DNA from: an uncultured bacterium
Lineage (GTDB): Bacteria; Nitrospirota; Thermodesulfovibrionia; UBA6902
Direction of reading: 5' to 3'
Assembly (NCBI GenBank): GCA_965603765.1
Contig: CBFDEG010000002.1
Coordinates: 1 to 55,057, forward strand
Length of the DNA stretch: 55,057 nt
How positions within the stretch are numbered: position 1 is the stretch's first letter; the number at the start of each line of letters is the position of its first letter. The position numbers and the translations under genes were made by a program. The notes below the pieces were generated by a model that saw only the letters and a list, made by a program, of their open reading frames with translations, had not been told where the DNA came from and did not search any database. Below are positions 38,736 to 47,171 of the stretch, in pieces.

Positions 38736-38765
38736 ATACTGCTTTAAACAATACTGCTTTAAACT
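38736..38765 (+). repeat. tandem direct repeat, 2 x 15 bp (ATACTGCTTTAAACA / ATACTGCTTTAAACT)
   Basis: Read directly from the rpmE upstream region. Confidence 0.8.
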
Positions 38766-38850
38766 TATTATCAAATTTATCTGTTTTTTAATGCGAGAGA
38801 TATTGCAAAAAGTCTATGCTCTCTGCTATATTCTATAGTTGGAGGTAGTA

Positions 38851-39057
38851 ATGAAACAAGGAATACACCCTGAAGTAAAAGATGTAAAAGCCGTATGTGC
38901 CTGTGGAGAGTCGTTTATAACGCCCTCGACACAGGAATCGATTCATGTTGACATATGTTCAAAATGTCATCCCTTTTTTACCGGCAAACAGAAGCTTGTT
39001 GATGCTGAGGGAAGGGTCGAGAAGTTTAAGAAGAAATACGCAAAACTCGAAAAATAG
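38851..39057 (+). CDS. rpmE: 50S ribosomal protein L31 (Zn-ribbon type)
   Basis: [12 protein letters not shown]...CACGESF...[13 protein letters not shown]. The start is ATG 38851 after GGAGG; the track ORF begins 12 nt earlier. Confidence 0.95.
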   Translation: MKQGIHPEVKDVKAVCACGESFITPSTQESIHVDICSKCHPFFTGKQKLVDAEGRVEKFKKKYAKLEK

Positions 39058-39072
39058 CTAAGATTTAAAAAA

Positions 39073-39117
39073 ACCCGCATTCGTTTCTATTGTATGGAAG
39101 AATGACGGGTTTTTTTT
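39073..39117 (+). terminator. rho-independent terminator after rpmE
   Basis: ACCCGCATTC ... GAATGACGGGT stem (10 bp, one bulge) followed by TTTTTTTT. Confidence 0.7.
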
Positions 39118-39138
39118 ATTAGACATGCAGAGACAGTT

Positions 39139-40041
39139 ATGAGTGATATAGGCGGACAGGCAGTAATTGAAGGTGTAATGATGCGCTCCGGTGACGTATG
39201 GACAGTTGCGGTCAGGACACCTGATAATAGCATTGCCCTGAAGAGGGAAAAAGTGCGTAAACTTCCCTGGCCATATAAATTGCCCCTGATAAGAGGATGC
39301 GTTGCGCTTATTCAGGCGCTTTCAATAGGCATAAAAGCGCTCATGTATTCAGCAGAGGTCTCCGGCCATGAGGAGGAAACCCCTTCGTCTTTTTCACTGT
39401 TCCTGACGATCTTTACCGCATTTGTAATAGGTATCGGTCTTTTCCTGCTTTTGCCCCTTTACAGCACCAAACTGCTTGGCATGCTGTATAACAATATAAA
39501 TGAGAGTTCTCTTATGTTCAATCTTGTGGACGGTATTATCAGGGTTGCTGTTTTTATATCGTATATTCTGATCATCAGTATGAACAGCGAGATACGCAGG
39601 GTATTTCAATATCATGGAGCTGAGCACAAGGTCGTTCATGCTTATGAGGCCGGGAAGGAGCTGACCCCCGAGAATGCGGAAAAGTTCAGTGCACTTCATC
39701 CCAGGTGCGGTACAAGCTTTCTTATTATGGTGATGGTCCTGAGTATTATAGTGTTCTCGCTTATCCCGAAAGAATGGCCTTTCCTTGATAAGTTTTTATC
39801 GAGGATAGTGCTTATGCCCCTTATTGCGGGTATGTCTTATGAATTCATAAAATATTCATCCAAAAGGCTTGATAACCTGTTTGTCAGGATGATCGCGGTG
39901 CCTGGACTCTGGATACAGAAGCTTACGACCGGACTGCCTTCTGCTGATCAGATAGAAGTGGCTATAATTGCATTACAAGAGGCATTAAAGCCTGAATCTC
40001 AAATTAGTGAACAAGGGAAAGGTGTGGCAGATGCTGGATAA
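39139..40041 (+). CDS. DUF1385-family membrane protein (commonly linked to prfA/prmC)
   Basis: The N-terminus [17 protein letters not shown] and the segment [13 protein letters not shown] are typical of DUF1385. It occupies the conserved position between rpmE and prfA. Confidence 0.8.
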   Translation: MSDIGGQAVIEGVMMRSGDVWTVAVRTPDNSIALKREKVRKLPWPYKLPLIRGCVALIQALSIGIKALMYSAEVSGHEEETPSSFSLFLTIFTAFVIGIGLFLLLPLYSTKLLGMLYNNINESSLMFNLVDGIIRVAVFISYILIISMNSEIRRVFQYHGAEHKVVHAYEAGKELTPENAEKFSALHPRCGTSFLIMVMVLSIIVFSLIPKEWPFLDKFLSRIVLMPLIAGMSYEFIKYSSKRLDNLFVRMIAVPGLWIQKLTTGLPSADQIEVAIIALQEALKPESQISEQGKGVADAG

Positions 40042-41095
40042 GCTGAAAGAAATAGAAGAAAAATATGATGAACTGAGCAGGATGCTGACAGATCCTGAGA
40101 TATTTTCAGACCATTCAAAGAGCCAGAAATACTCAAAAGAGCAGTCTGACCTTGAAGAGATAGTCTTTAAAATAAGGGAGTACAGGACGGTCCTTTCTGG
40201 TATGACCGGGGCCGAGGAGATGCTCCGGACAGAAGAGGACGAGGACATGAAGGAGCTTGCAGAACTCGAACTCGAAGAGCTTAAAGAGAAGAAGACCGTC
40301 ATTGAAAAGGAATTGAAACTTATGCTGGTGCCGAAAGACCCGCGTGATTCAAAGAATGTTATCCTTGAGATAAGGGCCGGAACCGGTGGAGATGAGGCCG
40401 GTCTTTTTGCTGCTGATCTTTTCCGCATGTATTCGAAATATGCTGAGAGCAGACGCTGGAAGGTCGAAGTCATGGATATGAGTTCGACAGGTGTCGGCGG
40501 TATAAAAGAAGTTGTTGCTTCAATACAGGGAAAAGGCGTGTACAGCCGTTTAAAATATGAAAGCGGCACGCATCGTGTCCAGAGAGTGCCCGAGACCGAG
40601 ACATCCGGAAGGATTCATACATCAGCCGCAACAGTTGCTGTGCTGCCGGAGGCTGAAGAGGTTGACCTTAAGATAGAGGCAAAGGACCTCAGGATCGATA
40701 CATTCTGCTCATCCGGACCCGGCGGACAGGGAGTCAATACCACATATTCAGCGGTAAGAATAGTCCATGTGCCTACCGGCATGATAGTATCATGTCAGGA
40801 CAGCCGGTCGCAGATAAAGAACAGGGAAAAGGCCATGAAGGTCATGCGTTCACGCCTTTATGATCTTGAACTAGAGAACCAGGAAAAGGACCGGGCGGAC
40901 GCAAGGAAGTCACAGGTCGGCACAGGTGACAGGAGTGAAAGGATAAGGACCTACAACTATCCGCAGAACAGGGTGACAGACCACAGGATAGGGCTCACCC
41001 TTCATAAACTCGCATTGATCCTTGAGGGTGACATTGATGAGCTTACTGACACGCTGAACACACATTTCCAGACAGAGAAATTGATGTCGATATAA
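40031..41095 (+). CDS. prfA: peptide chain release factor 1
   Basis: [15 protein letters not shown]..., an RF1-type PxT tripeptide (PET) and the GGQ motif ([11 protein letters not shown]). The start at ATG 40031 overlaps the end of the DUF1385 gene by 11 nt; the track ORF starts at 40007. Confidence 0.95.
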   Translation: MLDKLKEIEEKYDELSRMLTDPEIFSDHSKSQKYSKEQSDLEEIVFKIREYRTVLSGMTGAEEMLRTEEDEDMKELAELELEELKEKKTVIEKELKLMLVPKDPRDSKNVILEIRAGTGGDEAGLFAADLFRMYSKYAESRRWKVEVMDMSSTGVGGIKEVVASIQGKGVYSRLKYESGTHRVQRVPETETSGRIHTSAATVAVLPEAEEVDLKIEAKDLRIDTFCSSGPGGQGVNTTYSAVRIVHVPTGMIVSCQDSRSQIKNREKAMKVMRSRLYDLELENQEKDRADARKSQVGTGDRSERIRTYNYPQNRVTDHRIGLTLHKLALILEGDIDELTDTLNTHFQTEKLMSI

Positions 41096-41106
41096 AGAAT
41101 ATTGTT

Positions 41107-41135
41107 TCAACCGTTCCAACTGTTTGAACGGTTGA
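41107..41135 (+). terminator. terminator-like hairpin between prfA and prmC
   Basis: TCAACCGTTC-N9-GAACGGTTGA (10-bp stem) followed by ACTTTTATTT. It may attenuate rather than fully terminate, since prmC and murA follow. Confidence 0.45.
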
Positions 41136-41149
41136 ACTTTTATTTAATA

Positions 41150-42016
41150 ATGAAAGCATTAGAAAAATTCCGGGAAATCACAAAAACACTTTTATCTTCA
41201 GGCATTGAGTCTGCTTCAAAAGAAGCGGAGCTTTTAGTGAGGCATGCGCTCAATATCAGTCTGGAAAAAATATACAGGGACGATCCTGAGATCACCGTTG
41301 AACAGGACAGGGTCATATCTGAAATGCTCGGCAGAAGGGCCGGACGTGAGCCGCTGCAGTATATCCTCGGGGAAGTTGATTTCCTTACTCTCAAAATAAA
41401 AGTAGGGCAGGGAGTTCTGATACCAAGGCCTGAAACAGAGCTGATGGCGGAACATGCTGTGAAAACAGTAAACAGTAAGCAGTCAACAGTCAGCAGTGAA
41501 GAACGGACAAGGGTACTGGATCTTTGCTGCGGAAGCGGGTGCCTTGGACTTGCTCTTGCAAAAGAATTTCCGGATGCTGAAGTTTGCGGGCTTGATATTT
41601 CCGAACATGCTCTTTTGTATGCAGATGAAAACGCGAAGTTCAATAATATTAAAAATATAAAATTCTTTAAAGGACATCTTTTTGATGCTCTTGAAAAGGA
41701 TCTTGTGTTTGATCTAATAATATCAAATCCCCCATACATAAGAAGCGCTGATGTGCAGGGGCTTCAGGTCGAGATAAAGGACTGGGAACCGCTGAACGCG
41801 CTTGACGGCGGTATTGAGGGCCTCGACCTTTACAGGGAGATAATCTCCTCGGCAGGCCGGTTTTTAAATGATGATGGTATACTTATGTTTGAACTCGGAA
41901 TGGGCTGTTCTGAAGGAGTGCGTGAGATGTTCGAACAGGCGGGGTATCGTGATATTCATATCATAAAAGACTACGCCGGAATTGAAAGGATAATACAGGC
42001 AGTATGGACAAAATAG
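41150..42016 (+). CDS. prmC: release-factor glutamine N5-methyltransferase
   Basis: SAM-binding motif VLDLCCGSGCLG and catalytic NPPY (IISNPPYI) are present. The conserved N-terminus starts at ATG 41150; the track ORF starts at 41102, inside the hairpin. Confidence 0.9.
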   Translation: MKALEKFREITKTLLSSGIESASKEAELLVRHALNISLEKIYRDDPEITVEQDRVISEMLGRRAGREPLQYILGEVDFLTLKIKVGQGVLIPRPETELMAEHAVKTVNSKQSTVSSEERTRVLDLCCGSGCLGLALAKEFPDAEVCGLDISEHALLYADENAKFNNIKNIKFFKGHLFDALEKDLVFDLIISNPPYIRSADVQGLQVEIKDWEPLNALDGGIEGLDLYREIISSAGRFLNDDGILMFELGMGCSEGVREMFEQAGYRDIHIIKDYAGIERIIQAVWTK

Positions 42017-43254
42017 AGATAGAGGGCGGGACGGTCTTAAGCGGTAAAGTTAAGGTCAGTGGTGCAAAGAACGCTGCGCTCCCGATAATGACAGCGGCAA
42101 TACTCGCCCCCGGTGAACACAATATTTATAACGTCCCTGACCTGAGGGATATAACCACAATGGGTAAGCTTATGGCCCATCTTGGAATGGGATATCACCA
42201 GGAAGACGGGGAGGTAATTTTTAATTCAGACAATATAACCTCTATTGAAGCGCCCTATGATTTTGTTAAGACCATGCGCGCATCGATCCTCGTGCTCGGT
42301 CCCCTGCTTGCACGGACAGGCGAGGCAAAGGTCTCACTCCCCGGAGGCTGTGCAATAGGCGCACGGCCGGTCAATCTTCATGTCATGGGTCTTGAGAAAA
42401 TGGGCGCAAAAATAACACTTGATGAAGGGTATATCCATGCAAAGGCAAAAAAGCTGAAAGGCGCTAAGATATACTTTGACATTCCAACTGTGACCGGAAC
42501 AGAGAACCTGATGATGGCCGCTGCTATTGCCGATGGCCTGACCGTTTTAGAAAACGCGGCCTGCGAGCCGGAGGTCGTTGATGTAGCAAACGCGTTGATC
42601 TCTATGGGCGCTGACATTGAAGGGGCCGGGACAAACGTTATTAAAATAAGAGGCGTGACCAGCCTCAGGCCGATGGACCATAAAGTAATACCTGACAGGA
42701 TAGAGGCCGGAACATTTCTGGCAGCCGGCGTGATAACCGGTGGGAAGGTAGAGGTTGTTGATTGCGTACCGGGGCATCTTGATGCAGTAGTTAATAAGCT
42801 TGGAGAGGCTGGTATAAAGATAACTGCTGAGAAGGACAGATTGATAACTTCAGACGCTGGAAGGCCTACTGCCGTTGATATAAAGACCATGACCTATCCC
42901 GGGTTCCCTACTGACATGCAGGCCCAGCTTATGGCATTAATGACCGTTGCAGACGGCACCAGTCTCATTACCGAGAACATCTTTGAGAACAGGTTCATGC
43001 ATGTTGCGGAGATGCGCAGGATGGGCGCGGACATAAAGGTCGAAGGCTCAACCGCAAAAGTCAAAGGCGTTAAACAACTCAACGGAGCACAGGTCATGGC
43101 AACAGACTTGAGGGCAAGCGCCTCACTCGTCGTTGCGGGGTTAGCCGCAAAAGGCAAAACCGTTATAGACAGGGTCTATCATATTGACAGGGGATATGAA
43201 GGCATAGAGAAAAAGCTCGGACAGCTCGGGGCGAAGATAAAGAGAGTTAAGTGA
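42004..43254 (+). CDS. murA: UDP-N-acetylglucosamine 1-carboxyvinyltransferase
   Basis: 416 aa. MDKIEIEGG..L.G.V.VSGAKNAALPIM, and the active-site Cys in LPGGCAIGARPVNLH. Confidence 0.95.
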   Translation: MDKIEIEGGTVLSGKVKVSGAKNAALPIMTAAILAPGEHNIYNVPDLRDITTMGKLMAHLGMGYHQEDGEVIFNSDNITSIEAPYDFVKTMRASILVLGPLLARTGEAKVSLPGGCAIGARPVNLHVMGLEKMGAKITLDEGYIHAKAKKLKGAKIYFDIPTVTGTENLMMAAAIADGLTVLENAACEPEVVDVANALISMGADIEGAGTNVIKIRGVTSLRPMDHKVIPDRIEAGTFLAAGVITGGKVEVVDCVPGHLDAVVNKLGEAGIKITAEKDRLITSDAGRPTAVDIKTMTYPGFPTDMQAQLMALMTVADGTSLITENIFENRFMHVAEMRRMGADIKVEGSTAKVKGVKQLNGAQVMATDLRASASLVVAGLAAKGKTVIDRVYHIDRGYEGIEKKLGQLGAKIKRVK

Positions 43255-43332
43255 TAGATGTCCGCGGTAGCTTTTAAGCTACATTGTCTCCCTCTTTAGC
43301 CTCTAATGTAACAAATAAGCTACAAAATCAGT

Positions 43333-43361
43333 TTGACTTCTTAGGCGTGGCATGTTATCTT
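43333..43361 (+). promoter_or_regulatory. candidate sigma-70 promoter of hipBA (TTGACT-17 nt-TATCTT)
   Basis: TTGACT at 43333-38, a 17-nt spacer, and TATCTT at 43356-61, about 40 nt upstream of the hipB ATG. Confidence 0.45.
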
Positions 43362-43362
43362 T

Positions 43363-43392
43363 ACAATGTAGCTGTTGTGATAATTACATTGT
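43363..43392. promoter_or_regulatory. inverted repeat ACAATGTA-N14-TACATTGT, candidate HipB operator
   Basis: 8-bp arms immediately downstream of the putative -10. An extended copy, AGCTACATTGT (43277-87), is the exact reverse complement of ACAATGTAGCT (43363-73). GTAGCTTTTAAGCTAC (43267-82) is a further palindrome sharing the AGCTAC core. Confidence 0.45.
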
Positions 43393-43401
43393 GAGGGAAC
43401 T

Positions 43402-43764
43402 ATGAAGTCTATAAATAACAAAATAGATCGTGCTACCATGACAGACCCGCTTATTGTGAAGGAGATTTGCGGCAATCTTAAACAAATGCGGTTGAGAAAG
43501 AAATTATCGCAGGCACAACTGGCTGAATTGGCCGGGCTGAATCGTGTGACAATAAGCCGTATGGAAGCCGGCAGGGCAGCTACTATGCTTACTGTAGTGC
43601 AAGTACTTCGTGCACTTGGTAAACTTGATATACTGGATATGTTTCGGGTGGAGCCTGAAATAAGTCCGCTGAAATTACTGAACCTGCAGGAAAAGCAACG
43701 CAAAAGAGTTTCGAGTTCAAGAAAAAAGAACAGTAATGATTTGGAAGAGAAATCACAATGGTGA
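43402..43764 (+). CDS. hipB: XRE-family HTH antitoxin (HipB-like)
   Basis: 120 aa. The HTH reads LRKKLSQAQLAELAGLNRVTISRMEAG. Its 3' end overlaps the hipA start by 7 nt. Confidence 0.8.
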   Translation: MKSINNKIDRATMTDPLIVKEICGNLKQMRLRKKLSQAQLAELAGLNRVTISRMEAGRAATMLTVVQVLRALGKLDILDMFRVEPEISPLKLLNLQEKQRKRVSSSRKKNSNDLEEKSQW

Positions 43765-45053
43765 GTATAGCCAGAGTGAATATCTGGAATACTTTTGTTG
43801 GAGCGGTTGTCTGGGATGACTCAACAGGGTATGCAACATTTGAATTTGCCCCGAATTTTCTAAAAAAATCCTGGGACCTCTCTCCGTTAATGATGTCTGT
43901 TGAAGATGCCAGTGAAAATAATAATATTTTTTCCTTTCCTGATCTAAATAGAGAAACATATAAAGGGCTGCCCGGTATGCTGGCAGATAGTCTGCCAGAT
44001 AAATTCGGGACTAAATTAATTGAAGCATGGCTTGCGCAGGAAGGTCGTGACATTAATTCATTTAATCCTGTTGAGCGTCTCAGCTACACAGGTAAGCGGG
44101 GAATGGGAGCGCTTGAATATGAACCTGCTTCTAATCCATTTGAGGATACTTCCAGTCCTGTTGAGATAGAAAGATTGGTACAGCTTGCAAAAGATATATT
44201 GACTGAAAGAAAGCAGCTTAAAATTAGATTCAGCAAAGAGGACGATGAGGGCTTGTTAGACATTATAAGGGTTGGAACTTCAGCCGGTGGGGCCAGGGCA
44301 AAAGCCATTATTGCATACAACGAAAAAACAGGAGATGTCCGTTCCGGGCAGGTTGACGGCCTGGATGATTACGATCATTGGATCATCAAGTTTGATGGAG
44401 TTACCAACGAACAGCTTGGTGATCCGAAGGGATATGGAAATATTGAATACGCATACCACCTGATGGCAAAAGATTGCGGTATAAAAATGACCGACTGTAA
44501 ACTGCTCGAAGAAAACAGGCGCGCTCATTTTATGACCAGACGTTTTGACCGTGAGGGGGCAAAGAAACTGCATTTGCAGACGCTCTGCGCCATTGCCCAT
44601 TTTGACTATAATGATCCTGCCGCCTATTCGTACGAACAGGCATTTCAAACCATGCGTCAGCTTAAACTTCCCTATACGGACGCTGAAGAACTTTTCAGGA
44701 GAATGTGTTTTAACGTGATCGCCCGAAACCAGGACGATCATACAAAAAACATATCCTTTTTAATGAATGAAACCGGAAAATGGAGTCTGTCACCGGCATA
44801 TGATATTACTTATGCTTATGACCCTGCCAATAAGTGGATGAAAGACCATCAAATGAGTGTTAATGGTAAGAGAAAAGATATAACAAGAACTGACATGGTT
44901 GAACTTGCAAAGAAAATGAATATAAAAAAGCCCGGTTATATAATAGATAAGATCATTGAGAAGGTCATTGACTGGTCGGAATATGCGGACAAGGCAAAGG
45001 TAAGCGCCAGGCAGATAAAAGCGATCGGGAAAACATTTCTTGTAAATATATGA
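43758..45053 (+). CDS. hipA: type II toxin HipA-family serine/threonine kinase
   Basis: 431 aa. It has the HipA N-terminal coupling domain, the P-loop-like VGTSAGGARAKA, and the catalytic motif NQDDHTKNISF. Confidence 0.9.
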   Translation: MVSIARVNIWNTFVGAVVWDDSTGYATFEFAPNFLKKSWDLSPLMMSVEDASENNNIFSFPDLNRETYKGLPGMLADSLPDKFGTKLIEAWLAQEGRDINSFNPVERLSYTGKRGMGALEYEPASNPFEDTSSPVEIERLVQLAKDILTERKQLKIRFSKEDDEGLLDIIRVGTSAGGARAKAIIAYNEKTGDVRSGQVDGLDDYDHWIIKFDGVTNEQLGDPKGYGNIEYAYHLMAKDCGIKMTDCKLLEENRRAHFMTRRFDREGAKKLHLQTLCAIAHFDYNDPAAYSYEQAFQTMRQLKLPYTDAEELFRRMCFNVIARNQDDHTKNISFLMNETGKWSLSPAYDITYAYDPANKWMKDHQMSVNGKRKDITRTDMVELAKKMNIKKPGYIIDKIIEKVIDWSEYADKAKVSARQIKAIGKTFLVNI

Positions 45054-45061
45054 ACTGAGGT

Positions 45062-46402
45062 CTAAAGAGCATCAAGCGGGCTTTGCGGGACTTTTGATAC
45101 GTCTCTAAGCACGTGAGTATATATCATTGTAGTTTCAATATTTTTATGTCCGAGCAGCTGCTGAATTTCTCTTATATTAACTCCACTCATGAGAAGATGT
45201 GTTGCAAAACTGTGTCTTAGGGTATGCACTGAAACATGTTTGGCAATACCTGCTTTCCTGATAGCGTATTTAAGTGCTCTCTGTACTGTTGTTTCATGTT
45301 TGTGATGCCTCCGAATCTTTCCGGTTATCGGGTCAGCCGACAACTTTGAAGATGGAAACACATACTGCCAGTGCCATTCCTTTGGAGCATTTGGATACTT
45401 ACGGTCAAGAGCATTAGGCAAATACACTTCTCCGCAGCCTGATGCCAGATCTTTATTATGTATAGCCCTTACTTTCTCAAGGTGTAATTTTAATGGCTCC
45501 TTGACTGCATCAGGAAGAACAGTTGTCCTGTCCTTACCACCTTTGCCATCTCTGACAAATAATAAATCCGAGCCGAAATCAATGTCTTTGACCCTTAACC
45601 GGGCAGCCTCCATAAGTCGAAGTCCCGCGCCATAAAGTATTTGAAGAATAAGCAGGTTTGTCCCCTGAACGTATTTAAACATTATTTTAATCTCTTCAAC
45701 TGATAAAACAACCGGCAGCCTTTGCCCCTGTCTTGCCCTTACTGTATTAGACAGATCAGAAAGTTCTTTATTGAGAACATACCTGAAGAAAAACAGAATT
45801 GCGTTAAACGCCTGATTTTGTGTAGAAGCAGATACTTTTCTCTTTATTGCAAGATAGCTGAGATAGTTTTTCACATCATCAGATTCCAGGCAGAACATAT
45901 CTTCCTTTTCCATTTTCACATCTTTCATGTAATTAAAGAATCTTTTTAACCAGTCTATATATGTCTGCTCTGTCCTGTAAGAATAATGCCTTATGCGGAT
46001 TGCCTGACGCATTTTATCAACAAGAATATTAATATAATCAGGCGAATACTTTTCCTTCGTATCTCCCTGATCGATTTTTGCTAATTTACCATCTTTGAAA
46101 TGGTTGAAATACAATCGGATAGCATCATGAGCCTGTCTTATCTGCCAGTCACCAATATTATCTTGAGACTTCAAATCATCAAGAAATTTCAGGACCTGCA
46201 ATTCATGATTCAGTTCCACGTGTTTATTCGAAAATGACAAGAATTTTCTTGCCCAATGCGCATAAAATGGGATATACTTTTTAAGGACAAGGTTGAAAGC
46301 ACTCAGAAATTCTTGGAATTCGGGCAAAACATTATTCATTATTTCATTTGATATATGTGTAAAAATATCAGAATACCGGAAAATACGGCTGCCGTCTATC
46401 AT
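45062..46402 (-). CDS. intI: integron integrase (tyrosine recombinase) with an N-terminal extension of about 120 aa
   Basis: Tyrosine-recombinase landmarks are present: AGLRLMEAARLRVKDID, GKGGKDR, HTLRHSFATHLL, GHKNIETTMIYTHV. The IntI-specific insertion is NALDRKYPNAPKEWHWQYVFPSSKLSADPITGKIRRHH. The canonical IntI N-terminus (RIRHYSYRTEQTYIDWLKRF) only begins near residue 135. Alternative internal starts are ATG 46339 and ATG 46012. Confidence 0.9.
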   Translation of the reverse strand: MIDGSRIFRYSDIFTHISNEIMNNVLPEFQEFLSAFNLVLKKYIPFYAHWARKFLSFSNKHVELNHELQVLKFLDDLKSQDNIGDWQIRQAHDAIRLYFNHFKDGKLAKIDQGDTKEKYSPDYINILVDKMRQAIRIRHYSYRTEQTYIDWLKRFFNYMKDVKMEKEDMFCLESDDVKNYLSYLAIKRKVSASTQNQAFNAILFFFRYVLNKELSDLSNTVRARQGQRLPVVLSVEEIKIMFKYVQGTNLLILQILYGAGLRLMEAARLRVKDIDFGSDLLFVRDGKGGKDRTTVLPDAVKEPLKLHLEKVRAIHNKDLASGCGEVYLPNALDRKYPNAPKEWHWQYVFPSSKLSADPITGKIRRHHKHETTVQRALKYAIRKAGIAKHVSVHTLRHSFATHLLMSGVNIREIQQLLGHKNIETTMIYTHVLRDVSKVPQSPLDAL

Positions 46403-46433
46403 GGTAATATACGACCAAACCAGACAAATGTTC

Positions 46434-46453
46434 TACTGTTAATTCTTACAGTT
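46434..46453. promoter_or_regulatory. LexA (SOS) box candidate in the intI promoter region
   Basis: TACTGTTAATTCTTACAGTT contains CTGT-N8-ACAG (46436-46451). It lies 32-51 bp upstream of the intI ATG (46402), between intI and attI. Confidence 0.55.
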
Positions 46454-46497
46454 CAAGAAGTTATATTTTTTTACACAACAGTAAAAATATTGAAATG

Positions 46498-46533
46498 CCG
46501 GGAAATACGGCAGCCGTCTAATAATTGTTAGAC
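46498..46533 (+). other. attI region with recombination point G|TTAGAC (46527-46533)
   Basis: GTTAGAC lies 125 bp from the intI start. The TTAGAC is complementary to the R'' (GTCTAAC) of the first attC. It is preceded by CCGGGAAATACGGCAGCCGTCTA, which is repeated at 46376-46398. Confidence 0.65.
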
Positions 46534-46547
46534 CTAAATAAAAATAA

Positions 46548-47003
46548 ATGAATAAACTGACTATCTCTTTTCATTCATTAATAATTGCAATATTGTTTTA
46601 TGTTTTATATCCCAAAACGAAAGGCTTTTTATATCCAAAGGAATTTTTCGAATATTTGGGATCTTTTATTAATGTAGAGTCAAGTAGACAGTTTTTTGTA
46701 TTTGGAATGAGCATCAATATTTTACATACTTTAGTCACAGCATTATGTGCTGGGTTCATTGCTAGTATATTATTTTTATCAAAGCTAAATAAAAACTGGA
46801 AAGCCTATGGAGTCATTTCAACAATTATTTATTTGTTATTTTGCTATATCATGCTTATATTCAGATTTCAGTTATATTTCGAGGATCAAGAAATAGGCGT
46901 TCAAATTAGTTATATAATTAATCCTTTATTAGCAGGGGCTGCATTGTTTCTTGCGATATGGATGTTGTCACAATTCAGAAAGCGGCTTCCTGATACAAAT
47001 TGA
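46548..47003 (+). CDS. cassette 1 ORF: 151-aa polytopic membrane protein, unknown function
   Basis: Only long ORF in cassette 46528-47156, in the canonical orientation. About 4 hydrophobic helices by eye. Confidence 0.6.
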   Translation: MNKLTISFHSLIIAILFYVLYPKTKGFLYPKEFFEYLGSFINVESSRQFFVFGMSINILHTLVTALCAGFIASILFLSKLNKNWKAYGVISTIIYLLFCYIMLIFRFQLYFEDQEIGVQISYIINPLLAGAALFLAIWMLSQFRKRLPDTN

Positions 47004-47031
47004 TTAATATGCGAAACGATAACGATGATTG

Positions 47032-47162
47032 GTCTAACCATTTGATGCTATGAATGCTCAACCGCAGCAATCTTTTTGATTTTTGTTGTGTTAAGATTTG
47101 CAATCGGTAAATTGGCATATTATTACGATATATGTTGAGCATCACAGATCACGACGTTATAC
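47032..47162 (+). repeat. attC site 1 (131 bp)
   Basis: R'' is GTCTAAC (47032) and R' is GTTATAC (47156). The inner arms TGATGCTATGAATGCTCAAC / GTTGAGCATCACAGATCA pair with extrahelical bases. Confidence 0.85.
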
Positions 47163-47171
47163 ACACAGAAA

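Noticed and set aside
46403-46547. I tried to assign Pint and Pc promoters (-35/-10 hexamers) in the intI-attI interval.
   Set aside because: Several weak hexamer pairs exist (for example TTGAAC...TAGAAC on the reverse strand, and TATATT just before the intI ATG), but none has convincing spacing, so no promoter is called.
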